A stretch of DNA of 64,000 nucleotides. It comes from Candidatus Ruminimicrobiellum tauri (GTDB lineage Bacteria; Elusimicrobiota; Endomicrobiia; Endomicrobiales; Endomicrobiaceae). Every line of letters begins with the position of its first letter. Positions within the stretch are counted from its first letter, which is position 1. The stretch covers positions 2,012 to 66,011 of the forward strand of contig CADBBJ010000019.1 in NCBI GenBank assembly GCA_902792865.1. Direction: 5' to 3'. This document shows, in pieces, positions 1 through 6,266 of the stretch. The notes below the pieces were generated by a model. That model did not search any database and was not told where the DNA came from. It was given only the letters and a program-made list of their open reading frames with translations. The translations under genes and the position numbers were made by a program.

Positions 1-2
1 TA

Positions 3-1247
3 AAATCTGATAGCAAAAAGGAACAATATTTTTTTAATTTGAATAACGAATTTAGAAAAATTAGAAAATACCGTTTAAACGGCAATTGGAAAGAGTTCAC
101 GAAAGGGGAAAAAAATATTATTAATCTTTTGAAAAATTTTTATGATAATTATGCAGACTATTTAACAAAACTTGGTTTTAGTGAACAACAACTGCAAAAT
201 GTAGAAAAAATAATAGAAATTGATATATCGCTTTATAATGAGGATAAATATAATAATAAAGGCAAATATGGAAATATTATAAAAAAAAAGGATACAACAG
301 AAATAAATGCTAAGATTTTATCGGGAAAAAAAGAAGATAGTATTTATCTTATGACAGGAATGACAATTAATAAATCAAATAAATTAGTGGAAGATAACAT
401 CTGGAAGTTTGTTGAAAAGAGAAAAAAAGGAGATAATTTTAATCCTATTAGTTGGTATTACGATTCAAAAAATAAGAGTATTAAAAGGGATTCAAATTTA
501 AGTGAATTTTTTATATATATCCAAAACAATGGAACCATTCTTCAAAAAATAGCGGATGAAATTATTCCGATTGATGATACCAATATGCTTCAAAGATTTA
601 TATTGGGAGCATTAATGCAACAATTTATTCAAAATGTCAAGAAAAATAATAAGAATATCAAAAAAGTAGAAGACCCGTCAAAAAACCTATATAATAACTT
701 GACAAAAGAAAATATTAAAAGTTATTTCGGTAAAAAAGCATTTAAAAAAGTTTTTATGCAAATAATTGAAGCTGATAAGACTTTATTAGATTCCTTTTTT
801 GATTTTACAAAAGAATGTGAATTAATACAAACGGACAATAACAAGTTCAGTTTAAAGTTTAAAGGTTCGGGATTAATACTTGATTTAGAAACTGACGAAA
901 TGAACAAGATAAAAAATATCTTTAAAATTGAGGATTATTTTACATTTAAAGATAATAAATTAAATTTTAATGAAATTAAAATAAAAGAAACAAAAGAAAC
1001 AGATTATATAAATGTTATCCGTTATAAAGATACTGAGGTATTATCATTAAAAGGGAAAAATATTAGTATTGAAGATAACGAAAAAATAAAAAATGTTTAT
1101 TTGGATTTAGATAAAGGATGTATGGGGTATGATGATAAAAATGTTATACAAAAATTTTATAAAGATAATTATGAAGAATTAGAAAACTTTAAAACAGAAA
1201 ATGATATAGATTTAAATGATTTCTTTATTCATGTTAAGAAAAGTTAA
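3..1247 (+). CDS. 5'-partial paralog of the giant-protein family (conserved module B plus linker module L); probably continues upstream of the window
   Basis: The ORF track starts at a TTG at 39, but the frame is open back to nt 3. The residues before 39 (..QYFFNLNNEFRKIRKY) align with INYFNKFKKFRKNHTNYF in the 1268-4771 protein. Module B (SIYLMTGMTINKSNKLV...GTILQKIADEIIPIDD...FGKKAFKKVFMQIIEADKTLLDSFFDF) also occurs in the two larger ORFs. The C-terminus (KIKNVYLDLD...ENDIDLNDFFIHV) matches 10396-10550 of the giant ORF. Confidence 0.6.
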   Translation, partial: KSDSKKEQYFFNLNNEFRKIRKYRLNGNWKEFTKGEKNIINLLKNFYDNYADYLTKLGFSEQQLQNVEKIIEIDISLYNEDKYNNKGKYGNIIKKKDTTEINAKILSGKKEDSIYLMTGMTINKSNKLVEDNIWKFVEKRKKGDNFNPISWYYDSKNKSIKRDSNLSEFFIYIQNNGTILQKIADEIIPIDDTNMLQRFILGALMQQFIQNVKKNNKNIKKVEDPSKNLYNNLTKENIKSYFGKKAFKKVFMQIIEADKTLLDSFFDFTKECELIQTDNNKFSLKFKGSGLILDLETDEMNKIKNIFKIEDYFTFKDNKLNFNEIKIKETKETDYINVIRYKDTEVLSLKGKNISIEDNEKIKNVYLDLDKGCMGYDDKNVIQKFYKDNYEELENFKTENDIDLNDFFIHVKKS

Positions 1248-1267
1248 AGAAATATTTCTTTTCTAAT

Positions 1268-4200
1268 TTGGTTTCAATTCTTGCTGAAAGAAATTTGTAT
1301 GGTTTAAAAAAATTTCTTGATAGTAATGTTGTACATGCAGACTCCGGAAAGAGTGAGTTTTACTTCTATAAAAATTATTTTTTTAAACTTGAAAAAAATT
1401 TTTCTAAATTTCGTTTTACGGCACATGAATATGATGTTTATAATAAAATAAAAGAGAATGCAAATTTAAAGAATAATATCAACAAATATTATGGTTATTT
1501 TGATAAAGAAATTAATGGTGTAAAAAATAGAATTATTGTTAGCAAAAATTTACAAGAAGGCAAATTTATAGATTTATATGATTTTTTTTACAAGAAAAAC
1601 AAAAAGTTGTCAAAGGAAAAATGTGCCGATATCATAAAAAAAATAATTGCCATACAATCTGTTTTAAAAAACGAAAAAGGATTGTATAATTTTGATTTAA
1701 AACTACGAAACATAATGATAGATGAAGATCTTAATATAAAACTTATAGATTATGAGGGTATAGCACCTAAAGATAGTACCGTTTTTATGATCTCAGCTGA
1801 ATTACTTTTTAGCGAGATTTTCTTGGTGAATGAAGAGCTAAAATCTGATCTTTTAGATTATATACAATTTGATTTTATAATAAAATTGTTGAGTATGAAT
1901 GCTGGTACAAATATGAAAGAAGATGCTCGTAATTTATTATTGAGTCAGGGACAAAAGTTAGAAAGTCAAATAAACTACTTTAATAAATTTAAAAAATTTC
2001 GTAAAAATCATACTAACTATTTTAAACAAAACTTAGGTTTGAATGAAGCCTGGTTTGACAAAATAGAAAATATAATAAATACCGGTATAGAGCTTTCACA
2101 AAAAAGAAAATTTAATAACATTGTTTTAGTGGATGACAAAGAAAATAAAGAACTAAATAGTAAACTTTTACGAGAAAAATCTAATAGTATTTATATTATG
2201 AAAGATATTTTTATTAATGAACAAAATAAACTTGTGGAACGGGCTAATTATAAGTTTATTGAAAAGAGAAAAGAAGGAGATTATTTTAGATCAACAAGTT
2301 GGTATTATAATAGTGGTAGCTTTGCACTTAAATATGAGAGTAGTTTAGCAAACTTTATGTCAGAAATGCAGAAAAAAGGAACCGTTCTTCAAAAAATAGT
2401 AGATGAAGTTATTCCGATTGATGAGTCTAGTATATTTCAAAAAATTATATTGGGAACATTAATAGTAAAATTTATTAACACCGAAATAACAAAAGAAGGT
2501 TCATCTGTAAAATTTGAATCGTTATACAGTATATTGATTAAAGAGTCTAATATTGAACAATATTTCGGTAAAAAAGCATTTAAACAAGTTTTTATGCAAA
2601 TAATTGAAGCTGATAAGACTTTATTAGATTCCTTTTTTGATTTCAAAGAAGAATGTGAATTAATACAATTGGACAATGACAAATTTAAGTTAAAGTTTAA
2701 AGGTTCAAACTTAGAGCTTGATTTAGAAAAAGCAGAGGCAGACAATCTAATAAAGAAATTTCATCTTACCGAAGCAGATATACAAAAAAAATATACCAAC
2801 CCTGAAAGTGAAAACCAAAAGCCAAAGATTAATTCTAAAAACCCGATTGAAACAATAGCATTTAAACAAATAGGGGGAAATTATGAAAACTTCTTTGCAA
2901 TACAAATACCTGTTATAAGAGGTAAAGATAAAAAAATTCTAACGGATAAGAAAGGTAACAATATAAAACTTAAGTTAAATGTTGTTTATACAAAAGATAG
3001 TGGTGTTAGTTATCAGTTTATAGGGCAAAGTGAACAGATAGTAGAAACCTTGAAAAAAGAAGGTAAATTAACAGAAGATTTAAGCGAACTGAAATCGTTA
3101 GCAGATCTTTTATTTATAGACAGATATTGTACGGATAATATTGTAAGAGCAAAAATAGAAGGCGGAACAATTTTAACACAAGAACAAAAAAAGGCACTAT
3201 CCGATTATGTAAAAAGAGATAAAGACAATGAGTATTCTTATTTTAATGATAAGTTGATGGAAAAGGGAAGATATACATTTGCGGAAATAGAAGAGCTCTT
3301 GGCAGACACACCGAGCAGAACAAATACTTATGTGGGAGTAAAAGATGTAGAATTAAAGGTTACAAAAAATTTAGTGGAAGAGAATAAGATAGAACAAGAG
3401 ATACAAAGACTTAAAAGAGCGGGAATACACAAAGTGGTATTGTTAAAAGATAATATTTCTGATGAAGCATTGTGTTCAACGGTAATAAAAATAAGAAAAT
3501 TAGGATTACAACCGATAATAGGAATAACGGGAAATATGTTATCCGAAGAAAAGTCAACAGTTTATGATTTCATAGAAATAAGTAGCCGATTAAAGTCATT
3601 AGCAGGCTTTAGATTTATGGTTGATATAAATGATAATGTAAAAAATTTATTACAAGGAAAAGCCGACGATAAAGAGAGTATATTAGAATTAATTAAGAAA
3701 AGCGGAAAAGAAATATCCTATAAACCAAGTAATTTTGACAACCAGCAGGAGATGGAAAAAGCAGATAAATTATTTGAAGGAAAAGTTATATTTGTGGTAG
3801 AAGGGAAACAAATTATCAAAGACGAAACCGGAAAAGGAATAGAGTTCAAAAATGAAGATGTTTCCAATATTATTTCAAAGTTAGCGGGAGAAGGAAGATT
3901 TAGCTTATATTTTGATATGGATAAAGAAGATAATTTAAAGATGGCAAAGGAACTGGTAGAGAAAATATTCGGGAAAGGAGCGGAAGCAACTAAAACGATG
4001 ATATCGTTGGGAACAACATTTACGGCAAATATGTTTGCAGAATTATTTAAAAAGGATGCACCGACAAAATGTTTCAGTAATGCTTATGAACTGGGATATG
4101 GAACGGTATTTGGGGAAGTTTCACCGGAGAAAGTGGCAGGAGCATTCAAGGAATTGTTAACCGGTAGTATGACATATAGTAAGTTTAAGGAGTATATGGA

Positions 4201-4771
4201 CAAAAATAAAAATGAAGCTTTTACGGAGAACTTTAAAAATTTTGCTATAGGAGAAATAGAAGCCGAAATAAAAAAAGACGATAAACTTAAAGATGATGAC
4301 AAAACAGCAATGTTAAGACAGTATGTGATGGGATTTTTGATATCGTATATTGAAGATAAATTTAATGATTTTTATGAAACAAAAGGAGATATAAGACAAA
4401 TAGATATAAATGTAAAAAAACAAATAATGTATAGAATAATATGTTTATTACTGTCAGGTATTAATCCTACAACAATAAAGGTAAAGCTAAAGGAAGCTTT
4501 AAAGAAAAATACAAATAATCAATCACTGAAAGAATCAGTTAATAATACTAAAAAGAGTGATTTATTCGGCAAGATTTCAACAATGACGGCAAAATCGGAT
4601 AGTGTATTTGAGAGTGAGATGATTTATGCTAATGCAGATGCGGTTCCTGTAGATGTATACGACGATATAAATATATTGCTTGAAGACAGTTTAGTACCGA
4701 TAGCAGATATAGGTGAAACTGAAGAAGTTGATATGTTACAAGTTGTAAGGAGTATAGCTAAAAAGGCATAG
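1268..4771 (+). CDS. 1,167-aa giant-family paralog: protein-kinase-like domain plus conserved modules B, C and D of unknown function
   Basis: Long ORF collinear with the C-terminal ~1,300 aa of the 6267-14315 protein. Kinase-like motifs are FFKLEK, HEYDVYNKI, FDLKLRNIMID (D-x-K-x-x-N) and KLIDYEG. The frame is open from 1238, and the homologous sequence KKYFFSNLVSIL begins before the listed TTG, so the real start is uncertain. Confidence 0.8.
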   Translation: MVSILAERNLYGLKKFLDSNVVHADSGKSEFYFYKNYFFKLEKNFSKFRFTAHEYDVYNKIKENANLKNNINKYYGYFDKEINGVKNRIIVSKNLQEGKFIDLYDFFYKKNKKLSKEKCADIIKKIIAIQSVLKNEKGLYNFDLKLRNIMIDEDLNIKLIDYEGIAPKDSTVFMISAELLFSEIFLVNEELKSDLLDYIQFDFIIKLLSMNAGTNMKEDARNLLLSQGQKLESQINYFNKFKKFRKNHTNYFKQNLGLNEAWFDKIENIINTGIELSQKRKFNNIVLVDDKENKELNSKLLREKSNSIYIMKDIFINEQNKLVERANYKFIEKRKEGDYFRSTSWYYNSGSFALKYESSLANFMSEMQKKGTVLQKIVDEVIPIDESSIFQKIILGTLIVKFINTEITKEGSSVKFESLYSILIKESNIEQYFGKKAFKQVFMQIIEADKTLLDSFFDFKEECELIQLDNDKFKLKFKGSNLELDLEKAEADNLIKKFHLTEADIQKKYTNPESENQKPKINSKNPIETIAFKQIGGNYENFFAIQIPVIRGKDKKILTDKKGNNIKLKLNVVYTKDSGVSYQFIGQSEQIVETLKKEGKLTEDLSELKSLADLLFIDRYCTDNIVRAKIEGGTILTQEQKKALSDYVKRDKDNEYSYFNDKLMEKGRYTFAEIEELLADTPSRTNTYVGVKDVELKVTKNLVEENKIEQEIQRLKRAGIHKVVLLKDNISDEALCSTVIKIRKLGLQPIIGITGNMLSEEKSTVYDFIEISSRLKSLAGFRFMVDINDNVKNLLQGKADDKESILELIKKSGKEISYKPSNFDNQQEMEKADKLFEGKVIFVVEGKQIIKDETGKGIEFKNEDVSNIISKLAGEGRFSLYFDMDKEDNLKMAKELVEKIFGKGAEATKTMISLGTTFTANMFAELFKKDAPTKCFSNAYELGYGTVFGEVSPEKVAGAFKELLTGSMTYSKFKEYMDKNKNEAFTENFKNFAIGEIEAEIKKDDKLKDDDKTAMLRQYVMGFLISYIEDKFNDFYETKGDIRQIDINVKKQIMYRIICLLLSGINPTTIKVKLKEALKKNTNNQSLKESVNNTKKSDLFGKISTMTAKSDSVFESEMIYANADAVPVDVYDDINILLEDSLVPIADIGETEEVDMLQVVRSIAKKA

Positions 4772-4808
4772 TTTACATAAACGAAGCAAGGAACAAAAGA
4801 AATATGGC

Positions 4809-4846
4809 GGAGTGGGTACAACCAAACCCCTCCCCATATTTTTTTG
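4809..4846 (+). terminator. candidate rho-independent terminator after the 1,167-aa gene
   Basis: ggagtggg (4809-4816) pairs with cccctcc (4827-4833), with one bulged T and loop tacaaccaaa. A run of seven T (4839-4845) follows. Confidence 0.45.
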
Positions 4847-5177
4847 TCGTTTGTCATTGCCTTTGCCGTTCGTCATTCCGTGAAAATACGGAGTATTTTC
4901 GTGGCAATCCATCCGTTTTTGCCGTTGCCGTTGCCGTCTTTCCGTGGCAACTTGTTGCCGTGGCAATCCATAGCAAAATAAATCCGTTTTTCCTCTTTGT
5001 CGTTAAAGAACCCGGGCTTTTTCTTTTGAAGTGCGGTTTAGAGACGGCTTATGAGTGAACAATTTTTTAAACAAAAAACTACAAGAGCAAGTTTTTTCCT
5101 TATAGTAGTGATAAATAGTCTAAAAAACAAATAATTTGCTGTTCTGTCTTTTGTTTTTATTGTTGTTTTTTTATTTT

Positions 5178-5213
5178 CCATAGACTGCCACACCCTAACG
5201 GGTTCGCAGTGAC
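5178..5213 (+). repeat. P element copy 1 (ccatagactgccacaccctaacgggttcgcagtgac)
   Basis: Identical 36-mer found five times in the window, all in the same orientation. Confidence 0.95.
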
Positions 5214-5424
5214 AGCATTTATGTTACATAATTTTTTGTCATTCCCGAAAGCAGTAATCGGGAATCTATAGAAAAAACAAAAAATCCTATTTGTCATTCC
5301 CGCGGAGCAGTTGGGCGGCAATCCATAAAAAAAATAAATCCGTTTTCCTCTTTTTCGTCATTGCGAAAAAACACGAAGTGTTTTTGTGGCAATCCAGTCG
5401 TTGCCTTTGTTGTTGTTTATTATT

Positions 5425-5460
5425 CCATAGACTGCCACACCCTAACGGGTTCGCAGTGAC
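5425..5460 (+). repeat. P element copy 2
   Basis: Identical 36-mer. Confidence 0.95.
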
Positions 5461-5570
5461 ATCACATAGGAATGTTTTTTATCCGTTTTGTCTTTGTTGT
5501 TGTCGTTGTCGTTTGCCTTTGCCGTTTACCACTATATATTTAAAATTGTTTTTTGTATAATAATAGTATT

Positions 5571-6239
5571 ATGGGCAAAGGGTGTTTTTCTATAATTTCT
5601 GCAGTTTCCATAAAGCACAAGATACTGTCTTGTGTGTTGGCTTTTTTTGTTCTGATAAGTTCAACGAACTTGTTGAATTTTGAAGAATATAAAAAAACCA
5701 TTATGAAATCCGTAGAAGTATCAACAGAGTTAGTAGTAAGTCAGCTTTTTAATATATCTGCACTTCCTGTAAGTGCAATTTCAAAAATGTTTTTAGGTAC
5801 CCCTAAAATTACCGTAAAAAAAGAATGTACCCCGATACAGTTATCAAAAGAAACAACAACCGTAGAACAACAGACCGACAAAGCAAACGAAACGGTAGCA
5901 CCCGCAAATGAAACCGCAAACAATAAAGGAACCGATGCAAAAGATAATAATGTTATAAAAGCAACAATAGGATATTCAATGGTAGTCGATATATCGGACA
6001 TGAGAAAAGTTATAAAAAGTGAAGGAATAAAAGATTTGTTTGTTGCAGACAAACTGTTGGAAATAAATTTTTCTTTATGTAAAAAAGTAATAAGTGTTAT
6101 GTTTATAATGATGTTATTATTAGCAATATTACTTGCAAGAAAGAATGTAGGCAACAATAATATTATAAATAACAATAAAATAAAATATAAAAGATTAACT
6201 CAGCTTATTTTATGTAAGTTGGGTTATTTTTGTGTATAA
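5571..6239 (+). CDS. hypothetical small membrane protein directly upstream of the giant gene
   Basis: ORF track 5553..6239; the first ATG is at 5571. It has an N-terminal hydrophobic segment (ILSCVLAFFVLISS) and a C-terminal one (VISVMFIMMLLLAILLA), with a T/N/A-rich low-complexity middle. I recognise no family. Confidence 0.45.
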   Translation: MGKGCFSIISAVSIKHKILSCVLAFFVLISSTNLLNFEEYKKTIMKSVEVSTELVVSQLFNISALPVSAISKMFLGTPKITVKKECTPIQLSKETTTVEQQTDKANETVAPANETANNKGTDAKDNNVIKATIGYSMVVDISDMRKVIKSEGIKDLFVADKLLEINFSLCKKVISVMFIMMLLLAILLARKNVGNNNIINNNKIKYKRLTQLILCKLGYFCV

Positions 6240-6266
6240 AAGCACAAAATCAAGGGGAATGAATGC

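Larger units (their letters stand above)
4847..5552 (+). repeat. mosaic intergenic repeat island A (5 hairpin units, 2 copies of the 36-nt P element, 1 X unit, GCCGTT-type spacers)
   Basis: Hairpin units lie at 4872-4911, 4936-4970, 5238-5268, 5293-5325 and 5357-5396. P elements lie at 5178-5213 and 5425-5460, and the X unit at 4971-5136. The same modules recur at 14316-14830 and 39172-40150. Confidence 0.9.

Noticed and set aside
722-907. Antisense ORFs opposite the most conserved module B segment in all three paralogs (722..907 -, 2437..2745 -, 11879..12121 -), sharing SKKESNKVLSASIICIKTFLNAFLPK
   Set aside because: Their similarity is a mirror of the sense-strand conservation. The sense codons there (AAA, GAA, AAG, TTT) give stop-free antisense frames by composition. 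The sense proteins have long collinear homology whereas the antisense ORFs are short and have no start context.
4847-5552. CRISPR array interpretation of the repeat islands
   Set aside because: The repeats are not a single direct repeat at regular spacing. The units are different self-complementary hairpins, 31-41 nt long, at irregular distances and mixed with other module types. No cas genes or leader are present in the window.
4736-5560. ORF-track ORFs inside island A (4736..4966 -, 4804..5058 +, 5291..5560 +) with Cys/Arg/Gln-rich products such as MDCHENTPYFHGMTNGKG
   Set aside because: They are read through hairpin and GCCGTT repeat modules. The frames are not preserved between copies of the same modules, and the composition (RQRQRQ, CCCRCR) is that of translated repeats. 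The co-varying stems argue for structure rather than coding.
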